Shown here one piece after another: positions 27,700-38,136 of a DNA stretch of 52,311 bases. The stretch covers positions 1 to 52,311 of the forward strand of contig CAYHCZ010000002.1 in assembly GCA_964355295.1 (NCBI GenBank). Direction: 5' to 3'. This stretch comes from an uncultured Methanomicrobia archaeon (GTDB lineage: Archaea; Halobacteriota; Bog-38; Methanoflorentales; Methanoflorentaceae). The position numbers and the translations under genes are program-made. Position 1 is the stretch's first letter; the number at the start of each line of letters is the position of its first letter. The notes under the pieces are model-generated. The model was not told the DNA's origin. It saw only the letters and a program-made list of their open reading frames with translations, and searched no databases.

Positions 27700-28169
27700 A
27701 AAAACCAACGTGTTTAGGTCATTTAATTGTCTTGATAGTTATCCGTATATGTTTGTTGTTATCAGTAATACACGCTACGCCTACTCAACACACAGCTTGC
27801 TATCATTGATTGCCGTACTGGCCCGGCATGTTTGTCAAAATATGGGCCAAAAAGATCCATTGGCAGATCGTGGGGCAATTTCACGAGTCATAACCTCCGA
27901 GTATGCTTTCAGCGCTACTTGCGAACTCCGAGCCTTTTAGACGCACGATGAGTTTGAAAAACTCGTTGGGCGATAAGCTGTATAATGCATCGCCGCTGAG
28001 TCAAACGGCTTGAGGAATTTCGTTTGCTGCATTGTGTGATTTTACCAAGTTTTTTCTTCGCAAAAACCGCTTAAAAATTCTGCTATACGCTTTGCGTTCG
28101 CGTGTATAGAGTGGTTATTTTTGAAGAGGCTATCGAAGCGATGATCCTTAAAAAAAGTGTTTAGCCTCA

Positions 28170-28733
28170 TTATTGCTGTTGGCGAACTGTTACGGTTCGT
28201 CCACAATCGCATTCAAACACGTGCCCGCTTTCGGCTCGGACCGCTTTGTGCAATTTCTGTCCGCAGTAGCAAACATACCCCCTTAAATGTGCCGGGCTCC
28301 CGTACGCCAACCCAAATGGCGAAATACTCTTTGTGACGACGCTTCCTGCGCCGATCATGGCGTACTCCCCAATTGATACGCCGCAAATGACGGTCGAATT
28401 AGCGCCAATACTGGCTCCTTTCTTGACGAATGTGGACGTTATCTTCTCGCTTTCCCATATGAATGACCGTGGGTACAGATCGTTCGTGAAGGTAACAGAG
28501 GGGCCTATAAAAACATCATCATCCACGCGCACACCTTTATATATTGATACGAAATTTTGGATCTTGACTCGGTCTCCGATGATGACATCCTCATCAATAT
28601 AGGTGCTTTTGCCGATAACGCAGTTGCTTCCGATTGACGCGCCGTCTCTGATGTGAACAAAATGCCATATTTTTGACCCGTCGCCTATTGCATCGCTCTC
28701 CACTACTGCGGTGGCGTGTTTGTAGTAACTCAT
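28170..28733 (-). CDS. wbpD: UDP-2-acetamido-3-amino-2,3-dideoxy-glucuronate N-acetyltransferase-like (WbpD/WlbB hexapeptide transferase)
   Basis: IWHFVHIRDGASIGSNCVIGKSTYI..VKIQNFVSIYKGVRVDDDVFIGPSVTFTNDLYPRS..GASIGANSTVICG. There is an extra Cys-rich tail, CYCGQKL..CDCG. Confidence 0.8.
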   Translation of the reverse strand: MSYYKHATAVVESDAIGDGSKIWHFVHIRDGASIGSNCVIGKSTYIDEDVIIGDRVKIQNFVSIYKGVRVDDDVFIGPSVTFTNDLYPRSFIWESEKITSTFVKKGASIGANSTVICGVSIGEYAMIGAGSVVTKSISPFGLAYGSPAHLRGYVCYCGQKLHKAVRAESGHVFECDCGRTVTVRQQQ

Positions 28734-29173
28734 AGGGGTTCTGTGCTTGTGTCAAAGACAAGCCTGTAATCATTTAGCAGCTACTTTAAACTTTTGCAGC
28801 TCTTTCAATATAAAACAGCTGACTCACTTTCGCAGCTGTACTTAGTTCACAATTCGCTTGAGCGCATTCTCGGAAACAGGATTTGCGCTGCTGGCCCACG
28901 CTAATCGCGTTTCTTCAAAAAGATCGTCGATCCCACTCGCGAATTTGCGCTATACAAACACAATTGATAATGCTAACCAGCACAAGTCGAGCCTATTACG
29001 CTTGATCATCAAGTGAAAGACAAGCGAGAAAAAAGTGTGTTTTATAGCTTTTTTGAGCTCTTAAAGAGGGTTGTCGGACGCTCTTGTGAGGCGAATTAGT
29101 CCGAAATGGTGCTGACAAGTACCTTCCACATTGGAACTTTAGGCGGGGTGGACGATGATGCTCGTGCGTACGA

Positions 29174-30274
29174 TCAACTACGTAACGTGTCCAAATACTC
29201 GTTGATAATCGTGCAGACGTATTCGAGATCCTCGACCGTCAATCCCGGATGGACGGGCAAGCTCACAAGACAATCGGCTAATTCCAAAGCAGTAGGGCAC
29301 TGGACGTTTTCGTCTGTATACCCAAGTTCGGCGTATAGGGGTTGTCTGAATATCGGGGTAGGGTAGTGAATCGCACACCTGATACCGTTACTCGCTAGAT
29401 GGCGAATAAAAGCTTCTCGTTCCACGATATCAATATCTAATGTGAGTGCGTACTGGTTGTAGACGTGAGTCACGTCCTTAGCGGTAAAAGGCGTGACCAA
29501 GCCGTCTGCGTGGATGTACTTGTTTAAGTAAGCAGCATTGCGCCTCCTTGTAAGGTTGAACTTGTCAAGTTTTTTCAGTTGCACTTGCCCGAGAGCCGCT
29601 TGAATGTCTGTCATCCGATAATTGTATCCAAGCAGCGTGTGGGTATACTTCGAAGTCTGTCCGTGATCTCTGAGCAAATTAACGACGTTGGCTGCTTGTT
29701 CATCATCCATCGTCACCATGCCACCTTCTCCTGTTGTCATGTTCTTCGTTGGGTAGAAAGAGAAGCAGCCGACTCCAAAGCTTCCGACCTTTTTGCCGCG
29801 ATATTCAGCTCCGTGAGCCTGAGCACAGTCTTCGACTAAAATGAGCTTGTTTTCGTCACAGACCTCTTGGATTGCTGTGATATCAAAAGGATGCCCGAAC
29901 AAGTGCACACCCAGGATCGCCTTAGTCTTGGCTGTAACCTTGACAGCTGCATCGTCAGGATTTATATTGAAAGTCTTTCTGTCAACATCAGCGAAAACGG
30001 GCCGCGCTTTTTGGAACAAAATGCAGTTCGCAGTCGCAATAAAAGAGAACGGTGTTGTAAGTACCTCATCGCCCTGCTTAATGCCTAAAGCTTTGAGTGT
30101 GACATCTAACGCTGCCGTGCCGTTACTCACGGCGATAGCGCGTCTCACACCAACGTATCTAGCAAATTGGTATTCAAATAGAGCGACTGCTTCACCTTGT
30201 GCAAGCGTGCCAGATCGTATCACCGACTCAATTGCTTTAATCTCGTCGTCACCTACCTGCGGCCTTGCTATCAT
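29174..30274 (-). CDS. wbpE: DegT/DnrJ/EryC1-family sugar aminotransferase (WbpE-like)
   Basis: MIARPQVGDDEIKAI.., AVSNGTAALD, FSFYPTKNMTTGEGG (PLP lysine present). The ATG at 30274 is chosen; the 47-codon upstream extension in the ORF track lacks homology features. Confidence 0.85.
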   Translation of the reverse strand: MIARPQVGDDEIKAIESVIRSGTLAQGEAVALFEYQFARYVGVRRAIAVSNGTAALDVTLKALGIKQGDEVLTTPFSFIATANCILFQKARPVFADVDRKTFNINPDDAAVKVTAKTKAILGVHLFGHPFDITAIQEVCDENKLILVEDCAQAHGAEYRGKKVGSFGVGCFSFYPTKNMTTGEGGMVTMDDEQAANVVNLLRDHGQTSKYTHTLLGYNYRMTDIQAALGQVQLKKLDKFNLTRRRNAAYLNKYIHADGLVTPFTAKDVTHVYNQYALTLDIDIVEREAFIRHLASNGIRCAIHYPTPIFRQPLYAELGYTDENVQCPTALELADCLVSLPVHPGLTVEDLEYVCTIINEYLDTLRS

Positions 30275-30622
30275 AATGTTTTTTTGCACAGTGCTCACCA
30301 AGTATCTGACAAACGCGGTGGCGATGAAAGATTCTTCTTTGATTGACAGATAGTGCATCAGCTTAAATATATATGAACTTTTAACTTGTATTGGTAGTTT
30401 GCTAACATATGTCAAAAAAAAGAAAGAGATTGTGAAAGAATCCTTTAGAAAAGCTAGATCACAGATATATAGTCTGCAAGGTCGAGCACAATCCTGTTTA
30501 TGCGAGTTACAAACTGTTTTTAGGGAGTAAGATGAAAATAGGGTGTGGCATAACAGAGAGCTTTTGGCAATTTGTCACGTTCAAGCTCAGCTTGTAACGA
30601 CCCCGTTAAATTGAGGCGCAAG

Positions 30623-31561
30623 ATGAGAATTGGCATCATCGGTACTGGAGTGATGGGTAAGAATCATATCAGAATCTATTCTGATCTTAGAGGTGTGGAT
30701 GAACTGTTGGTCTATGATAACAACGAAAATAGCATTCACAGTCTAAATGAATTCGATTTAACGATCTGTGAATCACTGGAGCAATTAATTAACTGCTCAG
30801 AGGCAGTAAGCATTTGTGTTCCCACGCAACATCACTTTACGGTCGCACGCAGCGTCATTGAAGAGAACGTGCCGTGCTTGATAGAAAAGCCAATTACTTC
30901 ATCTGCGGATGAAGCGAAGGAACTCGTGAGCTGTTTACAGGGTCGAAAACTCGTCGTCGGTGTAGGGCATGTTGAACGCTTTAACCCGGTCGTCGCAGAA
31001 ATAGCGAAGATTATTGAGAATCCATTCTTTGTGGAAGCACGGCGACACAACCCCTCATCGCTGAGGATAACCGATAGCTCAGTGGTAGAGGATTTGATGA
31101 TTCACGATGTCGACATTGTCTTCAACGTTCTCTTTGATCGCAGTCAATACGCAGTTTACAGCGCCGGGAATGAAAATGTATGCAAGGCAGTGATTACGTT
31201 CGAAGGATCAATCGTCTCCCTTTCAGCAAGCAGGTTAGCGTGCAAAAAAACCCGATCGATCTACATTGAGGATGAACAGTTTACGGTTGAGGGAGATTTG
31301 ATGACTCAGGAGGTTTACAGGTACAACCGCCCAGAAAAATTCAGCGTGCAAGACGAAAAGTACAGACAAGAGAACATCGTCGAAAAAGTGCTCGTCAACA
31401 AAGTCGAGCCGTTGGCGCTGGAACTAAGAACGTTCGTCAATTGTGTCAGAAGGGGAGTCGAGTTCCCCGTTACTCCCAGACAGGCTCTTGCCAACATGGC
31501 AGTTTGCCAGCAGATACAAGATGTTCTTAAGCGTAAGCAACCTCTTGCAGGCCCGATATAG
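30623..31561 (+). CDS. wbpB: Gfo/Idh/MocA-family oxidoreductase (WbpB-like 3-dehydrogenase)
   Basis: MRIGIIGTGVMGKNHIRIY, CLIEKPI, GHVERFNP. Divergent from wbpE. Confidence 0.8.
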   Translation: MRIGIIGTGVMGKNHIRIYSDLRGVDELLVYDNNENSIHSLNEFDLTICESLEQLINCSEAVSICVPTQHHFTVARSVIEENVPCLIEKPITSSADEAKELVSCLQGRKLVVGVGHVERFNPVVAEIAKIIENPFFVEARRHNPSSLRITDSSVVEDLMIHDVDIVFNVLFDRSQYAVYSAGNENVCKAVITFEGSIVSLSASRLACKKTRSIYIEDEQFTVEGDLMTQEVYRYNRPEKFSVQDEKYRQENIVEKVLVNKVEPLALELRTFVNCVRRGVEFPVTPRQALANMAVCQQIQDVLKRKQPLAGPI

Positions 31562-31565
31562 AATA

Positions 31566-32642
31566 ATGAAGATCGTAAGCATAGTCGGAGCGCGGCCTCA
31601 ATTTATTAAGTACGAACCTCTCTCACGAGAGATACGACAAAAGCACGAAGAGATAATCGTGCATACAGGCCAGCATTACGATCCTCAAATGTCGATCGTC
31701 TTTTTTGAAGAACTTCAGATCCCGCGCCCAGAATACACCCTAGATATCGGGTCAAGCAGCCACGGAGAGCAGACCGGGAGAATGCTCATCGAAATTGAAA
31801 AGGTTCTAACGAAGGAATCTCCTGATCTAGTTCTCGTTTACGGGGATACCAACTCTACGATCGCTGGAGCGCTCGCGGCAGCCAAACTCAACGTTAGCGT
31901 TGCACACATCGAGGCAGGGTTGCGCAGTTTCGATCGTGACATGCCCGAAGAGATTAACCGGATAGTGACCGACCATTTGTCAGCGCTGCTTTTTTGTCCG
32001 ACTCAAACGGCAATCGACAATCTCTCTAAGGAGGGTATCACGAAGGGCGCTTATTTGGTCGGCGATGTAATGGCAGACGCACTCGTGCATAACCTTGAAG
32101 TGGCCAATCATTCTTCGCGGATACTCGAATTATTGGAGTTAGACAATTGTAACTACTTAGTCCTAACGATACATCGACCGAACAACACCGACAACCAAGA
32201 GAACTTAAGTAACATCATAGAGGCAGCAGGTGTACTGGATCGTCTCGTGGTATTTCCCGTGCATCCGCGCACCAAGAGATACTTGCAAGAATATGGCATC
32301 TGGGACGCCATGCCGAAGAACATAAAAAAGGTACAGCCTCTTGGATATCTTGATATGCTCAAACTCATGGCCAATGCAGATAAAATACTCACTGATTCAG
32401 GTGGGATGCAGAAAGAGGCATTTATGCTCGATGTTCCCTGTATCACCTTGAGAGAGACCACTGAATGGGTGGAGACCCTTACCGACGGACGAAACGTATT
32501 AGTTGGGGCGAATAAGACTCGTATTATTCAGATGGCATCTAGAAACCTCGTTGCGGGCACAAGTCGGAGAGCTGTGTTTGGTACAGGAGCGTGCAAGCGG
32601 ATAGCTAACGTCTTAGAAAGAGATACACAAACTCTTGCTTGA
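31566..32642 (+). CDS. wbpI: UDP-N-acetylglucosamine-type 2-epimerase, non-hydrolysing (WecB/WbpI family)
   Basis: MKIVSIVGARPQFIK, HTGQHYD, VYGDTNST, HIEAGLRSFDR.MPEEINR, TDSGGMQKEA. The ATG at 31566 lies 4 nt after the wbpB stop. Confidence 0.85.
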   Translation: MKIVSIVGARPQFIKYEPLSREIRQKHEEIIVHTGQHYDPQMSIVFFEELQIPRPEYTLDIGSSSHGEQTGRMLIEIEKVLTKESPDLVLVYGDTNSTIAGALAAAKLNVSVAHIEAGLRSFDRDMPEEINRIVTDHLSALLFCPTQTAIDNLSKEGITKGAYLVGDVMADALVHNLEVANHSSRILELLELDNCNYLVLTIHRPNNTDNQENLSNIIEAAGVLDRLVVFPVHPRTKRYLQEYGIWDAMPKNIKKVQPLGYLDMLKLMANADKILTDSGGMQKEAFMLDVPCITLRETTEWVETLTDGRNVLVGANKTRIIQMASRNLVAGTSRRAVFGTGACKRIANVLERDTQTLA

Positions 32643-32724
32643 CGCACGATATTGACATCCTACAACATCCAAGTAGGTTAAACACAGAGCAGTCGCATTT
32701 GGAGCGTCTTAAATAGAGTTAAGC

Positions 32725-33984
32725 ATGGGGACACGGTCACGATACCTCGTCGCAGCCTTTTGGGCTGGGCTCATTCTCGTCTCCTGCACTGCGGGATGTA
32801 CGTCGCTGACTACTGATAGTAGGCAGGCATCGGCCATCGTTAAAACCGGTCAATTAACGGTTGGTTACTCTCCTGACAAAACGCTCAGGAATGAGATATC
32901 GTACAATGAAAGGATAAAAAAAGCCGAAACGATACTTAACGTTTCAGATTACGCATGTTCGTTATGTCAAAAGGGCTCGATTTCGCCTCAGGATTATACA
33001 AAGTATTCCCTGATTATATTTGAATATTCTCAGTTGTTAAAGAAATATGCCGGATTGCCCGAAAGGAATAATGAATATATCGACCTATCTTATGTTTCAG
33101 ATACTCTGCAGCAAAGTTACGACCAGAATATTCTTACACCACAACGGTTGCATAATATCGTCAATATGATGGAAATAAATTATCATTATTTTCTCAATAA
33201 CGCGTCCCCGAAATCTGTGCAAGAGATGGATTTTCCGGGTGACAATCTGATGTGGTTGTATTATCCAGGCAAAGGAATTCAATTCCAGCCTGTAAGTACA
33301 CTATTTGAGCTTCAATCTAAATATAAGGGAGGGGAATATCAGCAATTTTTAGATGGAATTAACGAATTTATTCAATACGGAGACAGGATTATTCTTGAAA
33401 ATCGCATTTGTCTGGTATGGGAATACAATTTCTACGTTTATGACAATGCCAGCTATGTTAAGCTCGGCATTAATTCCCCCCATTTCTGGATATCGGGCAT
33501 GGCGCAAGGATTGGCGATCCAAACACTCGGGTATGCGTATAACATCACTGGGGATACGTGCTACCTAAGAAACGCAGAGTGTGCGATGCAACCATTGTTT
33601 GTCAACTGGACAAAAGGCGGTGTGACCGATTTTCATCCTTCTCATAATGGCACTTGGTATCTCGAATACGCGTACACGAATAAAATACGCGTTTTAAATG
33701 GTTTTTTATACACATTGATTGCGCTTCATGATTACTATAAAATCACAAATAATGCAGATGCACTCTGCTTGTTTAAAATGGGTGTCAATGACCTTGTCGT
33801 GCATTTGAAGCAATATGATACGGGAGATTGGTCCGCATATTCCTTAACATCCGGGAGCGCCAATTTGTTTTACCATAAGATTCACATTGATTTATTGAGA
33901 ACATTGTATGGAACCACTAGCAATTCGACTATCAAATATTATGCAGATCTGTTTCAAAAATATCTTGAAAGCGAACAAAGATAG
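32725..33984 (+). CDS. putative lipoprotein with a D-glucuronyl C5-epimerase C-terminal domain (GLCE-like)
   Basis: Signal and lipobox MGTRSRYLVAAFWAGLILVSC. C-terminal blocks WISGMAQGLAIQTL, VLNGFLYTLIALHDYY, YDTGDWSAYSL and YHKIHIDLLRTL parallel animal GLCE blocks WISAMAQGQAIS, VLNGFMYSLIGLYD, YDTGSGTIYDL and YHTTHINQLQLL. Confidence 0.75.
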   Translation: MGTRSRYLVAAFWAGLILVSCTAGCTSLTTDSRQASAIVKTGQLTVGYSPDKTLRNEISYNERIKKAETILNVSDYACSLCQKGSISPQDYTKYSLIIFEYSQLLKKYAGLPERNNEYIDLSYVSDTLQQSYDQNILTPQRLHNIVNMMEINYHYFLNNASPKSVQEMDFPGDNLMWLYYPGKGIQFQPVSTLFELQSKYKGGEYQQFLDGINEFIQYGDRIILENRICLVWEYNFYVYDNASYVKLGINSPHFWISGMAQGLAIQTLGYAYNITGDTCYLRNAECAMQPLFVNWTKGGVTDFHPSHNGTWYLEYAYTNKIRVLNGFLYTLIALHDYYKITNNADALCLFKMGVNDLVVHLKQYDTGDWSAYSLTSGSANLFYHKIHIDLLRTLYGTTSNSTIKYYADLFQKYLESEQR

Positions 33985-34197
33985 AAGTTGAACGGTATTA
34001 ATTGCCCCTTTCAAAAGCACGACATTAGTACGACGACTTGTTCTTGTTCCTTTCGATCTTTATACCCATCGGGGTAACGACAAGCATGTTCTTCCCGATG
34101 CCAACCATGTTACCTCACGGTGGACTCGTTAATGGACTTGTAGGTCTCATTCTCGAAGATAGTTTATAGAGTGTATTGCGCGCATGTGCTGCTAACT

Positions 34198-35697
34198 CTA
34201 GAACCCCACCAAATGCTTGAAAGTCTTGAAAATCCCGCGAATTATGTTTTTGTCAGCATCCGAAAAAGCCCTCAAAACAAAGAGAGCCAAAAGATAAATA
34301 GCGAAACTCAATCCCGCATAAAGGAATATTCTTGATGTTTCTCCGGTAGTTACTAAGAATAAAGGTAGGGCCATCACAATGCTTGCTGTGATGCATTTGC
34401 TTATAAAAATAAAATCAAGATGATAATCAACCTCTCTTTGAGCCCACAGAGTTACAAAGATAGCTAGACTGAAATATGCTAGAAGTGTAGAGATGGCGCC
34501 GCCCATGATTCCGATTATAGGAATAAGGGCAATATTAAGACCTATATTAATAGCAGCACTGACTGCACATATTACTGGTATCCATTTTGTTTTTTTGGCT
34601 AAGAGGATAATAAATTGATTGATTTGGTAAATGCCTAGCATTAGTGTTCCGATAGCAACGAGTAAGGTGAGCGTGCCTCCGATCGCAAATTCCGCTGTAG
34701 TGAGACTTGTGAGCAACTGTTTCGAGAAGAAGAAAAGCCCTACAGATGCTGGCACTGCTAGAAGCAGAAAGAGCTTCGTGGAGTATTCCATATAAAGCTT
34801 AACCCTTGACATATCCTGAAGTTCCCAGTATCTAGAAATTGTGGGGTAGAGAACGTAGCTTATGGGTGTATAAAAAATTGCAGTAAAGGCACCAACGTTA
34901 TACGAAGCAGAGTATATACCAACTTGGGCTATGCCAAGATAATACACTATGAAATATCGGTCACTAGATTGTAAGATCCATAGAATTAAGCCTTGGGGTA
35001 TTTGCGGGACGCTGAAGCCCAAGTACTCTTTTGCACGCGATATTGAAGGTAGCGACAGACCTGTCTCTCTGGAAACTAACCCAAACAATACTGCGACAAA
35101 TGTAAGCTCAACAAGAATTTGCGAAAAAATCACTATTATGAGGGGATAGCCTAATATTGGAAGTGTTATGACGAGTGCTAACTTGATCATAGATGCACAT
35201 TGTGAAAAAATAGAGAGCTTTTTTATCCTACGTTTTGCCCGGAAGTAAGATAGGAGAAAACTGAATAAGGCACTCGTTCCAGCCCACGATAACATAAGCG
35301 GAATAAACGCTGAATAGTTCGTGCTATTAAAAACAATGATCGAAAATGCATTTCTCAGGAATAGAGAGGCTAATAATACTGGAACTAGAAATGCAATTAT
35401 TGTCCAAAACATAGAGGCAAATGCTTTGCCAAGGATACTTCTATCGTCTTCCGCGGCTAGATATCGAACTGTTGCAGTACTTAGATGAAGATTTAAAATA
35501 GGAGTCAGTAACCCGACCGTTATGACTATTTGAGTCCATACGCCATACAATTCAGTCCCATAATTTTTTGTTAAAGATGGGAGGGTAAAAATCGCGAAAA
35601 GCTGGACGATTATATTCGATGCCCCGACCCAAACGATATCACTCGCAAATTTGAAGCGTTCTCGTTGAGGTTCAGATTGAGGCGTCGGGTTTTTCAT
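34198..35697 (-). CDS. wzx: Wzx-type oligosaccharide flippase (MOP/polysaccharide biosynthesis protein family)
   Basis: About 14 TM segments. N-terminal IVWVGASNIIVQLFAIFTLPSLTKNYGTELYGVW pattern. The ATG at 35697 is preferred over the TTG at 35724. Confidence 0.75.
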   Translation of the reverse strand: MKNPTPQSEPQRERFKFASDIVWVGASNIIVQLFAIFTLPSLTKNYGTELYGVWTQIVITVGLLTPILNLHLSTATVRYLAAEDDRSILGKAFASMFWTIIAFLVPVLLASLFLRNAFSIIVFNSTNYSAFIPLMLSWAGTSALFSFLLSYFRAKRRIKKLSIFSQCASMIKLALVITLPILGYPLIIVIFSQILVELTFVAVLFGLVSRETGLSLPSISRAKEYLGFSVPQIPQGLILWILQSSDRYFIVYYLGIAQVGIYSASYNVGAFTAIFYTPISYVLYPTISRYWELQDMSRVKLYMEYSTKLFLLLAVPASVGLFFFSKQLLTSLTTAEFAIGGTLTLLVAIGTLMLGIYQINQFIILLAKKTKWIPVICAVSAAINIGLNIALIPIIGIMGGAISTLLAYFSLAIFVTLWAQREVDYHLDFIFISKCITASIVMALPLFLVTTGETSRIFLYAGLSFAIYLLALFVLRAFSDADKNIIRGIFKTFKHLVGF

Positions 35698-35969
35698 ATT
35701 CGTTCGTGCTACGTGATCATCCAATCATGTTTATCGTAGGAAGGAAGGGACGCACTAAAGTTCTAACGCGAAAACTTGCTATTTACGCTAGTTGAAGCTC
35801 TTATGCCAAGTTAGGACCTGCAACTCTCCCACTGCCCGTGAACTATCATAACCAATCCAAGTGTAGGTGATGTGCGATGAGGATGAAAAAATCACATAAA
35901 TTGCGCGTTTTCGTGGCTCATTCAAACGTCCATGCCTCCATGCTCCCCTTAAAGATAATAGATTGTCAG

Positions 35970-37238
35970 TTATGACCCCACTTCGCGTATGTCATTTGTG
36001 CTTTTTCTTATCACGCCCGCGAAAACTTTTGCTAGTTCCCTTGTGAGGTTCTTTCTCTCAAAGCGAACAGAATATTCTTTCAACCCATCTGGATTTACAG
36101 GATCGTCTCCTCTTTGCCATTTATGATATGCAGCAATAATATTGTCGGAGATCTCGTCCACACTGTTGGAGGTGATAACGCAACTGTGTGGTGAGTACTT
36201 TCGCACTAGTCTCGCAAGAGTACCCTCGCGAACTATGGCGAGAATCGGTCTTCCGGTTGCCAGATACTCGTACACTTTCTGTGTAAGCGCATTGGTTAAC
36301 TCTATCAGAAGTAGTATGGAAGACGATGCAGCGCACGATAGGGCCTGTTCATACGGCACTTGTCCAGTAACAGTGCAGATTGTCTGAAGACCATAGTGCG
36401 TAAAATCCTTAACTAGCCGCTGCCCTTTTGGTCCTATGAATAAGACCTGTATCTCTTCTTCTTTAATGGCTCCTCTGTCAATTACATCCCGGAGAGCTTC
36501 AAGAAATAGCCGATAGGGTCGATGGCCTGAGCCAACTAGAGATCCTGTATACGTGATGGTAAACTTCTCAAATTTGGCCGGCGGTTGTTTGAAGTCTGCC
36601 GAGTCAAATCCATTACATATAGTCGTAATCTTGTCTTTTACTTCTGGATAAGCTATCGAATAGCCTTGCGCCATCGGGGGGGTTGCAGTAATTATTTGGT
36701 CAGCTTCCCTCAAAATGTGTCTTTCCAGCTGCTGGTCAATACTTTGGTGAAATCGAGAGGGGTAGCTCATAACTGGATCTTGAAGGAGGGTCCAAGGATC
36801 TCGAAAATCGATGACTAAAGGAATGTGAGTCCTTCTCTTAAGCAGATATCCAACGATCGTGGCACTCATAGGGGGACTTGAAACATAAATCAAATCAATG
36901 TCATCGGTGTGACATATATTCAAACCTTTGATATATGCAGTAGGCACCCATCCGACGAGCGGATCAGGCAAGAGAAACAATCGAGGACTAATTCCGAACT
37001 TGAGGAAATAGTAAACAAATTCGAAATGCAAAATGGCAGGAGTGCATACTGTTTTGATGGACTCCGGATTGACATAGCCCCTTTTGCTCGCGACGCTGCG
37101 AAACCCTCTGGATTCAGCAAGGATTGTTGGACTAAATCCAAATAAGGGTAGATACTTGCAGAACTTACCCGTTCTGAGAGTTCCATGATAATCAATTGTT
37201 AAGACTTTTTTCACACTACTAGCCGATTGTGATATCAT
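35970..37238 (-). CDS. glycosyltransferase family 4
   Basis: 422 aa, GT-B layout: DLIYVSSPPMSA..IDFRDPW in the N-domain; TYTGSL....LFIGPKG...LLLIE....KVYEYLATGRPILA in the C-domain. Confidence 0.7.
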   Translation of the reverse strand: MISQSASSVKKVLTIDYHGTLRTGKFCKYLPLFGFSPTILAESRGFRSVASKRGYVNPESIKTVCTPAILHFEFVYYFLKFGISPRLFLLPDPLVGWVPTAYIKGLNICHTDDIDLIYVSSPPMSATIVGYLLKRRTHIPLVIDFRDPWTLLQDPVMSYPSRFHQSIDQQLERHILREADQIITATPPMAQGYSIAYPEVKDKITTICNGFDSADFKQPPAKFEKFTITYTGSLVGSGHRPYRLFLEALRDVIDRGAIKEEEIQVLFIGPKGQRLVKDFTHYGLQTICTVTGQVPYEQALSCAASSSILLLIELTNALTQKVYEYLATGRPILAIVREGTLARLVRKYSPHSCVITSNSVDEISDNIIAAYHKWQRGDDPVNPDGLKEYSVRFERKNLTRELAKVFAGVIRKSTNDIREVGS

Positions 37239-38136
37239 CGCACAAGATCAAATATTCCGTTAAAGAGAAAGTATTAGATAAATACACGCATTAGGTAGTT
37301 CAAATCCGCATTGACTTTTCGCCTTTCCTATTTTTTATTTTGGGCCCGATCTGGAGAGCCATTTCACTCCGTTGGCTCAAGTCTCTAGAACCTGTATTTT
37401 TCTAGGTTAAAACTTTCACAATAGGTTACGCAGCAAGTGGTCGCAAGTAGTGGCCTGAACTTCGGGCTCCAACACCAATCTGATCGATCACAAGTGCTTT
37501 GCTTCGCCCACAAAGAAGTCTTTCATTGCTGCTTTTTTGACAAGGCTTGACAGCACAGACTATCTTCTCGAATCCGCAGCGCTCATCTTAGCCCGCAGGA
37601 GGGCTGTTTTACTAGGGCTGTGCCCGTCATTCGTTAAAAAAAACGTTTCATTTGCCCTATGCTTGGAAACTCCGATCTAAAGATCTAAGATTTCCACTCA
37701 GTTCTATCTACGATGACGCGCACGTGTGGCAATTTTGGCGGCGTTCTGCAGCTGCAGCATTTCTGTGAGAGAATCCTAAAGAAAAACCTAGCTCTTAAAG
37801 GACGACCCCCTTTAAATACATACCACACATAAGGTTTACCTGAAAAGAGAACGACCAAGGGGCTTTGCCCACCAGTCTCGAGGAATTCGCCAAGAGAGGG
37901 AGTGCAACAAATACTAATGATGGAACTTCGGTTTGTGGAGCAGGTTGCTGCAATGAGGCAAACTGTGACAAGCGAAAGCTTTGCAATAGCTTGACTGCTA
38001 ACGATTTGTAATAGAAAAAGCGAAGCGTCTTGAAAGGTCGCGTAGTTTCATCAATGAAGTACAAGTGATAAAAACTGAGATCGCTGGAATGACGGTGAAA
38101 AGACCTTCCATCTTTCTGAAAGATACGGAATCACCG

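Noticed and set aside
29174-30415. N-terminal extensions proposed by the ORF track. These are 30275-30415 on wbpE, 31443-31565 on wbpI, 30572-30622 on wbpB, 1954-2010 on the GT4, and 49322-49471 on the ArnC-like GT2.
   Set aside because: Homologue-like N-termini begin at internal ATGs (MIARPQ, MKIVSIVGARPQF, MRIGIIGTG, MRLLFLSHE, MTNTETEFSVVIPVYN). The 31443 extension would overlap wbpB by 119 nt. The 49322-49471 extension remains a minor possibility.
37239-38136. ORF 37795..38064 (89 aa) and other short ORFs in gene-poor spacers (46516..46755, 47867..48055, 51806..51988, 5397..5609, 21534..21969).
   Set aside because: They have no recognisable domains. Several overlap identified pseudogene debris or repeats. 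Their composition looks non-coding. 51806..51988 could be real because it follows the WecE-type gene, but I cannot support it.
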